From positions 1 to 64,000 of the forward strand of contig OZ251230.1 of NCBI GenBank assembly GCA_965240325.2: a DNA stretch of 64,000 bases, in the 5' to 3' direction. The translations under genes and the position numbers were made by a program. Origin of the DNA: Rebecca billardiae RCC1528. Its lineage: Eukaryota > Protista > Haptophyta. The notes under the pieces were generated by a model. The model was not told where the DNA came from. It searched no databases and worked only from the letters and a program-made list of their open reading frames with translations. Shown here in pieces: positions 1 to 10,600 of this stretch; positions within the stretch are counted from its first letter, which is position 1; each line of letters begins with the position of its first letter.

Positions 1-1925
1 CCGCGCGCGCCGGGCTCGGGCTCGAGCTCGAGCTCGAGCAGCAGGTCGGGCGCGCCGCGCAGCGCGGCCAGCTCGGCGCGCACCAGCCCCGCCTCGCGCC
101 GCGCCGAGTCGATGCGCGCGCGCACGGCGGAGAGGCGGGGCAGCAGGAAGGGCTGCTGCACGAGCATGCCGACGGTCTGCTCGCGCGCCGCGTCCAGCCC
201 GCGCAGCAGCGCGGCCGAGCCCTCGGTGAACACCAGCGCCGCCTGCCACACGCCGGCCGCGTGCACGTCGGCCAGCGCGAGCAGCGCCGCCCACTTGTGC
301 CACGCGAGGCAGACCGAGCCGTGCGCGCGCGCGTGCAGCGCCGCGCCGAGCTTCGCGGCGAAGGCGAGCGCGGCGGCGCGCCGCGCGTCCTTCTCGGCGA
401 GGCCGACGCGCGCGTCCGCCAGCGCCGCCGCGTCGCGCGCCACGCGCTCCGCCGCCGCGCGCGCGCGGCGCTCGGCGGCGCGCGCCGCGCCCGCGGGCGA
501 CGCGTCGAGCGCCGCCGGCGCCGCCGCCTCGGCGGGCGGCGCGCCCGCCACCGCCGCGGCCGCGTCGCGCTCGGCGAGCGCGGGCGCGGGCAGCCGCGTC
601 GGCGGCGCGGGCGCGCCGAGCGCCGCGCCGCCGCCCGGCGCGCCGCCGCCCGCCGGCGCGCGCGCCGCGCGCCGCGCGCCCGGCGCGCCCGCGCCGGCGG
701 GCGGCGCGCGCAGCCGCAGCGGCGCGCGCACGACGCCGCCGCCGCGCACGCCCGCGCCCACGCGCCGCTCGAGCGACGAGCCGCCGGCGGCGGCGGCGCC
801 GGCGAAGGCGGCGGCGCGCGGGCGCACGCCGCGCTCGTCGCGCTCGTCGCGCTGCCGCAGCGCCGCGTGCGCCGCGGCGAGCTCGCGCGACAGCTCGTCG
901 GCGGCGGCGCGCGCGGCCGCGCGCTCGCGCGCCGCGGCCGCGTGCGCGCGCGCCGCGCGCGCCGCGTCCGCCTCCGCGCCGTCGAGCGCGCGCTGGTACG
1001 CGGCGGCGTCGGCGCGCAGCGCGTCGGCGTCGCGCGCGCGCTGGTTCGCCGCGCGCAGCTGCGCGGCCAGCTCGCGCGCGTGCGCGTCCCGCCTGTGCGC
1101 GGCCTCCTCGAGGTTGAGCGCGTGCGCGCGCAGCGCCTCCACCTCCTGCCGCGACTCCTTGGGCGCGAGCGAACGCCCCAGCTCGCGCATCAGCCCCAGC
1201 CGCTTGGTCTGCTCGGAGAGCTCGGCGAGGCGCGCGTCGGTCGCGGCGACGCGCTCGCGCAGCTTGGCGTTCTCCGCGTCCAGCGTGAGCAGCCGCGCGC
1301 CCTCGCGCACGCTCGGCTCGCGCGCGCCGCCGGCGCCGTCGGCCGCGCCGCCCGCGGCGGCGACGGCCGCGTACGCGCGCGCGGCGAGCGCCTCGAGCCG
1401 GCGCACGTCGGAGGCGAGCGCGCGCTGCGCGACGAGCGCGGCGTTGCGCTCGGCGCGCAGCTCCTCCGTCTCGTCCCGCGCCGACGCCTCCGAGAAGCCC
1501 GCGCGCCGCGCGAGCGCGCCGACCACCTTGGCGTGCGCGAGCTCGGCGCGCGCGCGCACCGCGTCCGCGCGCGCCTCGTCGCGCTCGGCGGCGAGCGCGG
1601 CGGCGGACGCGCCGGGCGGCGCGCGCTCGAGCGCGCCGAGCTCCGAACGGAGCAGCCCGAGCGCCACGCCCTCCGCGCGCGCGCGCGCCTCCGCCGCCGC
1701 CGCGGCCGCGCGCAGCTCGCGCAGCTCGTCGCGCCAGCCCTCGGGCGCGACCCGCCCGCGCAGCTGCGCGTGCACGTTGGCGAGCGCGCCGGTGCGCCAC
1801 GCGCGGTACCGCTCGTCGGCGAGCTCGCGCGCGTACTCGGTCAGCTGCGCGTGCCACGCGCGCAGCGCCGCCTCGTCCGCGCCGCCGCCGCCGCCGCCTG
1901 TGGCGGCCGCGCCCTCGTCCGCCAT
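1..1925 (-). CDS. Ala/Glu/Arg-rich coiled-coil protein, 3'-partial (runs off the left edge)
   Basis: Reverse strand from ATG 1925 reads MADEGAAATGGGGGGADEAALRAWHAQLTEYARELADERY..., with heptad-like segments. The plus-strand ORF 112..2058 is its Ser/Ala antisense shadow. Confidence 0.65.
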   Translation of the reverse strand, partial: MADEGAAATGGGGGGADEAALRAWHAQLTEYARELADERYRAWRTGALANVHAQLRGRVAPEGWRDELRELRAAAAAAEARARAEGVALGLLRSELGALERAPPGASAAALAAERDEARADAVRARAELAHAKVVGALARRAGFSEASARDETEELRAERNAALVAQRALASDVRRLEALAARAYAAVAAAGGAADGAGGAREPSVREGARLLTLDAENAKLRERVAATDARLAELSEQTKRLGLMRELGRSLAPKESRQEVEALRAHALNLEEAAHRRDAHARELAAQLRAANQRARDADALRADAAAYQRALDGAEADAARAARAHAAAARERAAARAAADELSRELAAAHAALRQRDERDERGVRPRAAAFAGAAAAGGSSLERRVGAGVRGGGVVRAPLRLRAPPAGAGAPGARRAARAPAGGGAPGGGAALGAPAPPTRLPAPALAERDAAAAVAGAPPAEAAAPAALDASPAGAARAAERRARAAAERVARDAAALADARVGLAEKDARRAAALAFAAKLGAALHARAHGSVCLAWHKWAALLALADVHAAGVWQAALVFTEGSAALLRGLDAAREQTVGMLVQQPFLLPRLSAVRARIDSARREAGLVRAELAALRGAPDLLLELELEPEPGAR

Positions 1926-2090
1926 GCCAAGCAGTTCGAGTGGGGCAGAAGGGGCGGTTGGGCCCGGACGCTCGCTTCGAAGCGCCGAGTCCGGGCGGCG
2001 CCCATCAGCCTCCAGCCAAGCTCTTGTCCGATCGAGAGCGATCGAGAGCTGGTGCTGAGCTCGAGCTCGATCGAGGGCGTGGCCGCGGCG

Positions 2091-2661
2091 ATGGGCTTCC
2101 TCGAGAAGATCAACCTCTCGTTCGCGCGCATGATTACGGGCGACGTGTACCGGCGACTGGCGCAAGTCGGTGCGCGCTCGGCCCCTCGCCCCGCGCGCGC
2201 GCGCCCCGCGCGCTCGGCGCTCGCACGGCGGCGGCGGCTTCCGACCCGCGGCGCGAGCGTTTGGCCGCCCCTCGCGGGCAGGCCTGCGGTACGAGGACCT
2301 GTACATCGAGACGGCGGATGTGCAGCTCGCCCTCTCCCGCCTCCCCAAGGAGGCGCTCATCGCGCGCGAGCAGCGCCTCAAGCGCGCAATGGACCTCTCG
2401 ATGAAGCACAAATTCGTGAGCGCGCGGCGCGGCGCGGCGCGGCGCGGCCCGAGCGCGGCGGCGCAGGCGGCCTCACGCGCACACGCGCCCGTGCGCTCGC
2501 CCGCGCCCGCGCAGCTGCCCGACAACATCGTGCAGCTGCACCTCGAGCAGTCGGCCGCGCGCTCGTACCTGACGCCGCACCTCGAGGCGATCAAGGCGGC
2601 CAAGCAGGAGAAGTTCCTCGCGCCCGGCAGCATCGGCAACCCGTACGACTGGAGCCCGTGA
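2091..2661 (+). CDS. QCR7: Cytochrome b-c1 complex subunit 7 (3 exons: 2091-2169, 2282-2415, 2515-2661)
   Basis: Spliced product MGFLEK...YRRLAQV/GLRYEDLYIETADVQLALSRLPKEALIAREQRLKRAMDLSMKHKF/LPD...SYLTPHLEAIK matches the QCR7/UQCRB pattern GLxYDDL..E...ALxRLP...RxxRxKRAxDLS.K. Introns 2170-2281 and 2416-2514 are GT-AG. Confidence 0.92.
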
Positions 2662-3215
2662 GCGCACGTCCGCGGCGCGCACGGCGCGCGGTGGTGGCGG
2701 GCACGCGGATGGGGCCGCCTGCGCGGCGGTGGCGCCGGCCGGGGCTCGGCGCGGCGCCGGGCCGCTGGGGCCGAGGTGCTGCGTCAGCGGCCAGCCCGCG
2801 GCCGCACCGCAGCGGCACTAGCCGCTAGCGCCCGTCGACGTCGACGTCGCTCTCGCGGCGGCATCGACCGGGCGCCTCGCGTGCGGGGCCCCGGCTGTAC
2901 AGTCCGTGCCAGCCATGATCCGTGCCGGGACCGCCTTCGCCAATAGCCGAGTCTTAGCGCCCGGGTCCCAGCTTGTCAGCCGCTGAGCCTTGCTGCTGAT
3001 GACTCGGACAGCCGCACAGGCCACAGCGCCACACTCACAGACAATCAATGGCGTCTGGTGATTCAGCCGATAATCAATGCGCGCGCATCTCGAACGACGA
3101 CGGGCGCGCGCGGGCGGCCGTAAAAAAGGACCGCGCTTGCAGCGGAATCCATCGTCGTCGCCGCTTCATCGGCGACTCTCGGACGCACTCTGCGAGCGAG
3201 GCCGCGCATCGAACC

Positions 3216-5464
3216 ATGTCCGCGCCCAAGCCGTGGACCCCGCAGGAGGTGCGCGGCTGCGGCGGTGGCGGCGGCTGCTGCTGCTGCGCGCGCCCTCGGC
3301 GCTCGGCGCCGGGCGCGCGCGCGCAGCGGCTCACGCGCGCGGCGCGGCCGCTCGCGCGCGCGCGCCGTGTTGCGCGCGCGCGCGCAGGTCGAGGACTACC
3401 TCTCGCGCTTCCGCGTGCAGGAGCTGCTGTCGGAGGCGGTGAACGACGCCGTGACCGCCAAGGCGACCGACCCGGTCTCGCACATCGCCGACTTCTTGTC
3501 CAAGGTCGGCTCCGCAGACCCGCTCGGCGTGGAGGAGGTGCCGACCACGCCGATCGACGGCCAGAAGCCGGGCACGTCGGGGCTGCGCAAGAAGACCAAA
3601 GTGTTCATGGAGGGCGCGTACCTGCACAACTTTGTGCAGGCCACCTTCGACACGCTCGTCGCCGAGGGCGTGCCCGTCTCGGGCGGCACGCTCGTCGTGT
3701 CGGGCGACGGGCGCTTCTACAACAAGGAGGCGATCCAGATCATCCTCAAGATGGCGGCGGCGAACGGGGTGGCGCGGCTGTGGGTGGGCACGGACGGGCT
3801 GCTCTCGACGCCCGCGGTCTCCGCCGTCGTGCGCGCGCGCGAGGGCGGCTTCAAGCCCTTCGGCGCGTTCATCCTCTCCGCGTCGCACAACCCGGGCGGG
3901 ATCGACGAGGACTTTGGCATCAAGTTCAACATGGCCAACGGCGGGCCCGCGCCCGAGAAGGTGACCGAGGGGATCTTCGCGCGGACCAAGAGCATCAGCG
4001 CGTACAAGATCTGCCCCGCCTTCCCGCACGTCGAGCTCGCCGAGCCCACCACGCGCGCCGTGCCCAAGGCCGACGGCTCGGGCTCGGTGAGCGTGGAGGT
4101 GTTCCCGTGCACGGAGGACCACGTGGCGGTGCTCAAGCAGTGCTTCGACTTTGGCCAGATCAAGGCGCTGTGCGCGCGGCCGGACTTCTCGATGGTGTAC
4201 GACTCGATGAACGGCGTGCAGGGGCCGTACGCCAAGGCGGTGCTCTGCGACGAGCTCGGCCTGCCCGCGTCGAGCCTGATGAACGCCGTGCCCAAGCCCG
4301 ACTTTGGCGGCCACGCGTCGCCCTCGCACGGCCACGCCGACCCCAACCTGACGCACGCGGTCGAGCTGATCGCCAAGATGGGGCTGGACAAGATGGGGAA
4401 CAAGGTGAACACGCCCGCGCCGCCGCCCAAGTTTGGCGCCGCGGCCGACGGCGACGCCGACCGCAACATGATCCTCGGCGAGCAGTTCTTCGTCACGCCG
4501 TCCGACTCGCTCGCCATCATCGCCGCCAACGCGGACGCCATCCCCTTCTTCAAGAAGAACGGCGGTACGCACGCACGCCCAGCGCACGCCCAGCGCACGC
4601 CCAGCGCACGCCCAGCGCACGCCCAGCGCACACCCAGCGCACCAAGGGACCCGCGCCGCGCTCGGCGCGCGCGCGCGCGCGCTCACCCGCGCCGCCCGCA
4701 CGCGCGCGATGCCGCGCGCAGGCCTCAAGGCGTGCGCGCGCTCGATGCCGACCTCGTGCGCGCTCGACCGCGTCGCGGCCGCGCGCTCGATCGAGGCGTT
4801 CGAGGTGCCGACCGGCTGGAAGTTCTTTGGCAACCTGATGGACTCGGGCACGGCCGCGTTCCCCAAGGGCAAGACGTACACGCCCTTCCTCTGCGGCGAG
4901 GAGTCGTTCGGCACGGGCTCGAACCACGTGCGCGAGAAGGACGGCATGTGGGCGGTGCTCGCGTGGCTGCAGATCCTCGCCGCCAAGAACGGCGACGCGG
5001 CCAAGCCGTTTGTGAGCGTCGCCGACATCGTGCGCGCGCACTGGGCGGAGTTTGGGCGCAACTACTACGCGCGGTACGACTACGAGGCCGTGGACAAGGC
5101 CAAGGCGACCAAGATGATGGAGGAGATGGCGGCCAAGGCGGGCGAGAGCGGCACGGAGTACGAGGGCGGGTACACGCTCGCCAAGCTCGACGAGTTCACG
5201 TACAACGACCCGGTCGACGGCTCCGTCTCGCAGCACCAGGGCATCCGGTACGTGATGACCGACGGCAGCCGCATCGTCTTCCGGCTCAGCGGCACGGGCG
5301 TCGACGGCGCGACCGTGCGCCTGTACCTCGAGAAGTACGAGCCGCCGTCGGGCAACCTCGACCAGCACGCCTTCGACGTGGTCAAGCCGCTCGCCGCGAT
5401 CGCGCTGCAGGTGAGCAAGCTGCCCGAGTTCACCGGCCGCACCGAGCCGACCGTCATCACCTGA
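3216..5464 (+). CDS. PGM: Phosphoglucomutase with N-terminal RIIa/Dpy-30-like docking domain (exons 3216-3248, 3388-4564, 4722-5464)
   Basis: Motifs GQKPGTSGLRKK, catalytic LSASHNPGG, metal loop DGDADR, GEESFG, REKDG and C-terminal PTVIT. GT-AG introns restore the frame. Confidence 0.96.
4573..4642 (+). repeat. 11-bp tandem repeat (GCACGCCCAGC) x~6 in PGM intron 2
   Basis: Read directly from the sequence. Confidence 0.9.
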
Positions 5465-6413
5465 GCGCCTCCGACGCACGTGACAGTCGTGACACGTCCG
5501 CCTGCGAAACGGCCGCGGGGCGCGGGCAGCGCCGCTGCGCCGGCCGCCGCAGCGTCCAGCAGGCGCGACACTGCGCGCGAGGACCGGTGGGATATGCGCG
5601 CAGCGCGCAGCAGCAGGCGTGCGCGCGCATCATCCGTCGTCGTCACAGTGATGACAGTGTCGGCGCCGCATCACGCGACGCGATCATCGGACGCCGCAGA
5701 CTCAGCGCTCGTGCGCATCGCCGACCTACTTACCGGTTACCCGGTCGTCCCGCGCTTCATCAGCCTATGGCATGCAGCTCGTCGCAGCATATATAGCGTC
5801 CGCCATGATCGATCATCATCAAATCAATAATCGCGTATACGCATCGTCATATCACACCACAGCAACGATTTCTTTTTTAAAGCGGCCGTTAAGGAAACTC
5901 CAACAAATTGATTTTCGGCCGTTAACGGCTCAACCCGGGCGTCCGGCCACAATCCCGAGAGCCTCCTCGCGCCGCTCGGACCAACCGACGGTCGTCCAGA
6001 GCTCCGACGCGAAGTTGAAAGTCCCGGTGCGCGCGTGCGCCGTGCGTGCGCGTGTGGCGGCGTCCACGTCGCCGCTGCGCCACCGGTGCTCTAATCGCGG
6101 GTGTTCCCCAACCTATCCCCCACCTGCCCCGCACCCGCTCCGCGTCCCGACCCGCCACGCCGATCTACTTTGCTAGGTCTGTTCGTAACACGGTGCGAAT
6201 CTGCGCCCGCCTGCACGCCGCCGCGCGCGGGGATGCAGGAAGTGTATGGAGGGGCGCGGAGTTTGTATTCAGGCGGCGGGTTACTCGTGATCCACGCACA
6301 TGCTCAGCGGGAACGCTTACTTTTGCATGGGTGACCGGGAATTTGCATCAGACTAACTTGCTGCGGCTGCGCCCGGCGGCGGCCGCGCGGGACCGCGCTC
6401 GCCGCGCGCAGCA

Positions 6414-7271
6414 ATGACGACGGCTGTGCTTACCGTGGGCAAGGGCAAGCGTTCCTGCGCGAAGCCGAAGAAGGTCAAGCTGCAGCGGAAGGGCGGCTAC
6501 GGCATCGGGCGCAAGGTCTCTGCCGCATCTGTGCGGCGGCGCATGGCCGCGGCGGCCGCGGAGAAGGCGGCTGAGCACGAGACGCTCATGCTGCGCGCGC
6601 GCGAGGCGGCGAGCGAGGTGGACCACTCGATCATGCCGAACGAGAACTACCTGGCGGAGGTCAAGCGCAAGGTCAACAACTTCGTCGCCATCAAGGGCAG
6701 CCGGAAGAAGGGCAACCTGCTGCGCAAGGCCAAGCTGGCGCTGTTCCCGCGTGACGCCCTCTACTCGCCGATGTTCACCTCGCTCGACGACCAGGGCGTC
6801 GTGCACGAGACGCGAGAGAAGGACCGCACGCGGCGCACCGTGAGCTCGTACCAGCCCGAGCGCATCTCGACGTGGCTCAACCTGGGCATGCGCCGCGTCC
6901 CGAAGCCGCTGCGGGCGAACGCGCTCGGCGGCGCGCGCACGGACCGGCACCTCTCGGCGATCAACACGGTGCACTCGCTCTCGATCGAGCACACCGAGAT
7001 GCATCGGCTCGATCCGGACGGCGCGTACCAGCAGTTCGCGCACGTGCGCGTGGGCGTGATCTCGCTCAACGCGCAGGGCGGCCTGCACGCGCCACAGGAC
7101 GCGCAGGGCGGCGTGAGCGTCGACGCCGAGCGCTACGCGCTGATGCAGCCATGGCGCTTCAAGAAGGAGAAGGGGCGCGCTGACGTGAGCGGCGAGCTGC
7201 TCAAGGTGTGCGCGCAGGGCGTCTCGATGCGCCGCGGCGGAGGCGGGGCTGGCGGCGCACGCCGTCTGTGA
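6414..7271 (+). CDS. Transposon ORF1, basic 285-aa protein of unknown function
   Basis: Protein-like, non-shadow composition with Lys/Arg-rich NLS-like N-terminus; lies between the TIRs. The 3' end is uncertain because a coding-like tail continues to 7417 in another frame. Confidence 0.65.
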   Translation: MTTAVLTVGKGKRSCAKPKKVKLQRKGGYGIGRKVSAASVRRRMAAAAAEKAAEHETLMLRAREAASEVDHSIMPNENYLAEVKRKVNNFVAIKGSRKKGNLLRKAKLALFPRDALYSPMFTSLDDQGVVHETREKDRTRRTVSSYQPERISTWLNLGMRRVPKPLRANALGGARTDRHLSAINTVHSLSIEHTEMHRLDPDGAYQQFAHVRVGVISLNAQGGLHAPQDAQGGVSVDAERYALMQPWRFKKEKGRADVSGELLKVCAQGVSMRRGGGGAGGARRL

Positions 7272-7636
7272 CGAAGGGCCCGTCGGAGCTCACGGGCGCG
7301 CCGCCGGCAGCGCCTGCCGCGGCGCCCGCCGCGGCGGCACCGGCGGCGCCGCCCGAGTCCGACGTCTCACGGCGCAAGCGCGCGGACTGGAAAGCGCGCC
7401 GCGCGCAGCGCGAGTAGCTGACCGCCACTCGCCGAGCAGCGAGCAGCGCCCGATGGCGTCGCGCGCCAGCTGGTGACGGCGCGGTCGCGCCGCATCCCCC
7501 CCTCGATCTCTCTGCCCTCGATCCCACGCATGCCCATCTGCATTCTCATTCTCAGCCTCTCTCGCATGTTCCAGTCCTCGGTCTCACGCCCGGCCTCTGC
7601 GCCGACGCGCCATCCGATCCATCGTCCGCCGCCGTG

Positions 7637-10600
7637 ATGCCCTACGCGGTCGCGGACACCCAGCCGCTGCCTCCGTTGGGGCCGCCGCCGCTGCCGTCGC
7701 TTCCGCCACCGCCGCAGCTGCCGTCGGCGCCTCCGCACCTGCCTCCGCCGCTCGTGCAGCCGCCGCAGCCGCGGCCGCGGCCGCGGCCGCGGCCGCAGCC
7801 GCAGCCGCTGTCCTCGCCGCATGATGCCGCCCGTCCACCGACCGCGCGCGCGCTCGCTCTCCTTCGAGCTGATGGCGGCGAGGCGGCGGCATCAGCCGCC
7901 GCCGCCGCCGCCGATTTGTCTCCCGCCGTCGTCGCTGCCCGCTTCTCGTCTCTTCCCGCTCACGCCGACCACCTCGTCTTCTCGCCCGCCACTACCAACG
8001 CCTCCTCCGCCTTGAGCTTTCCTGCTGCCGCTGCGCCGTCGCCCGCGGTCACGCGCAGCGCCTCCCGCCAGCCCGCGCCGCCACTCCTCCTCGCTGGCGC
8101 GGCGGCGCAGCCGTTCGTCGGTGGGTCGGCGGAAGAGCTGCTGCCGCCGAGGTCACCTGCCGTCGCCTCGCCCGCCTTCATGTCGCCGCCGCCTGCCGTG
8201 CTGCTCTCGGCCGCGCCCACCCGCCAGCGGCCTCTCACGCGCTCGGCTGGCAGCGTGGCGCCGACGCCCGAGGCAGAGGCGGACGAGCAGACAGCACGGG
8301 GTCGAAGGCGCATGGCCGAGCTGCAGCACGTGGCCGAGCTCGAGCAGCAGTTGCGGCGCTCGCACAGCACGCGCAGCGTCCCTTCCGAGCTCGAGCTCAC
8401 CTCGCTGCGCACACGTGTGACCGAGCTCGAGCACTTCAACGGCGAGCTCGAGCGCGAGCGCGACGACGCGGTGCGGCAGCGCGAGGACATCGTCAACTCG
8501 GCCGCCGTCGATCTCGAGCCGGTTCTCGACGTGGTGATCGCCGCCGTCAAGCTCGAGTGCGAGAACATCGAGCGCGAGGCCCTCGACCGGATCGCCGCCG
8601 CGCGCGCCGCCGCTGCTGCCGCGGAGAGGCGCGCTGTGCTCGCCGGGTACCGCGCCGGGCACAGCGCGGATGCGCGCACCCGCCACGACGCCGAGGCGGA
8701 GCAGGCGCAGGCGAAGCTTCGGCGCGATCTCGAAGAGGCGAACGCGCGGGCCGCAGCTGCGCAGCGCGCCGCCGACGCGCAGCGCGATCGGGCCCTCGAG
8801 TTGGAGCGCCGCCTCACCGCGACCGAGCACATCGCCGCTGACGCGCTGAGCGGCGTCGAGCACGAGCTCGCGGCTGCGCTGCACGCGCAGCAGCTGCTCG
8901 AGCAGCAGTGCGCGCACGCCCAGTCGCTCTGCGACGAGCAGCAGTCGCAGCTTGTCGAGCTCAAGCGCGACAAGGACGCCGCGCGCAAGCGCGCCGACCG
9001 AGCCGCCGGCAAGTTCGAGCACCTCGCCGAGCTGAACGGGCTGGACGGCGCTCATCGGCAGCGCGCTCAGCGCCCATCTCTCTCGGTCTCGAGCAACGCG
9101 TGCCGCAAGCGCAGGCGGGGGGAGGCGGACCATATCGAGCACATCCTGCGTGGCACGCCCGACGACGTGATGGACCTCGTGCTGCACGAGATGCTCGAGG
9201 GCGCAGACGACGGCTCGCGCAAGCCGTGGGCGAGGCACGCCTACCTCCAGCAGCGCCGCGGCGCAGTGGGCGTTGTGCGCGAGATTCAATCTCATCAGAC
9301 GCACCACGACGTCGCCGGCTACCTCGTCTCGAAGAACGTCACGGACGCGCAGTTCGACACGTGGCGCGAGTGGGTGGGGAAGGAGATCCACCCGGTGACG
9401 GGCGAGCACTCGGCTCGCACCGTCTTCCGCGGCGGCTTCGGCCGCGAGCCGATCCGCCACCCGATCCCGCCGCCGGCGGCTGGCTCTCGAGAGGTCGCGC
9501 AGCGCGATCGCGAGCACGCGGGCGCGGGCGTGCTCATGATCGGCAGCGAGTCGGCGGCGCGGCCGTGGGCGCAGGCCGTGCACGCCGTGCTGGATCGCTC
9601 GGAGCGCAACGGCAAGTCCGCGCGCCCGCGCGGGCAGCCGCACGTCCTCCTCCTCTCGGCGGACGCGGGCAACACGGCTCACTCGCGCACGGCCACGATC
9701 GCCATCGTGCGCAACGGCTGGGGCGTCAACTACGGCGCGCTCGCGTCGTCAGAGGCGATCGCCATCTCGGAGCGGCCGGACTCGGACATGTCCGAGTTAT
9801 GGAGTGCGCACGCCGACGCGATCAATGACGTGATCCGGAGCGGCCTGCTTCCGCCGCGACCGACGCCGCCTGCTGCCGCCACCGCACGTGTGGCCGGCGC
9901 GGCCGGCGGCGCGGCCGCGGCCGTCACAGCCGGCGCGGCCGGCGGCGCGGGCCGCGGCGAGGCCCGCGGCGCGGCCGGCGGCGCGGCCGGCGGCACGGCC
10001 GGCGGCACGGCCGGCGGCACGGGCGGCGCGGGCGGCGCGGGCGGCAGCGGCAGCGGCGTGGCTGGCGGCACCGCCGGCGCTGGCGTCCGCGCGGCCGGCG
10101 GCGCGGCCGGCGGCGCGGCTGGTAACGCGGGCGCGGGCGCTGGCGGCGGCGCGGGCGGCGCGGGCGGCGCGGGCGGCAGCGGCAGCGGCAGCGGCGTGGC
10201 TGGCGGCACCGCCGGCGCTGGCGTCCGCGCGGCCGGTGGCGCGGCCGGCGGCGCGGCGAGCAGCGCGGCTGGCAACCCGAGCGCGGGCACGGCCGGCGGC
10301 GCGGCCGCCGCGGCCGCCGCGGCCGCCGCGGCCGCCGCGGCCGGCGGCGCGGCCGGCGCGGCCGGCGCGGCCGGCGCGGCCGGCGCTGCCGGCGCGGCGG
10401 GCGGCGCGGCCGGCGGCGGTTTTGGCGGCGGCGGCGAGGCGGCCGACTACGCGGAGGAGCAGAAGGCCATCATCACGTACACCGGCGATTATGTCAACCT
10501 TGCCAGCCTCGCCGGCCAGGGCTCGCACAACGTCTCGCCGCTCCGCTTCAACGTGTGGGCGGTCAAGGAGGCGGGCGCGGACGGCGGCTCGCCTCAGTGG

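Noticed and set aside
112-2828. Long Arg/Ala/Ser-rich ORFs (e.g. 112..2058, 261..2828, 13734..17417, 31728..35177)
   Set aside because: Antisense or off-frame shadows of real genes; stop codons are rare at this GC content.
3216-5464. PGM as part of a cluster with the DOIS-like gene (G6P supply)
   Set aside because: About 54 kb apart with many unrelated genes between them.
5858-5891. True RAG recombination signal sequence or ProtoRAG element
   Set aside because: Only CACAG matches the heptamer. There is no 12/23 asymmetry, no 5-bp TSD and no RAG2-like ORF.
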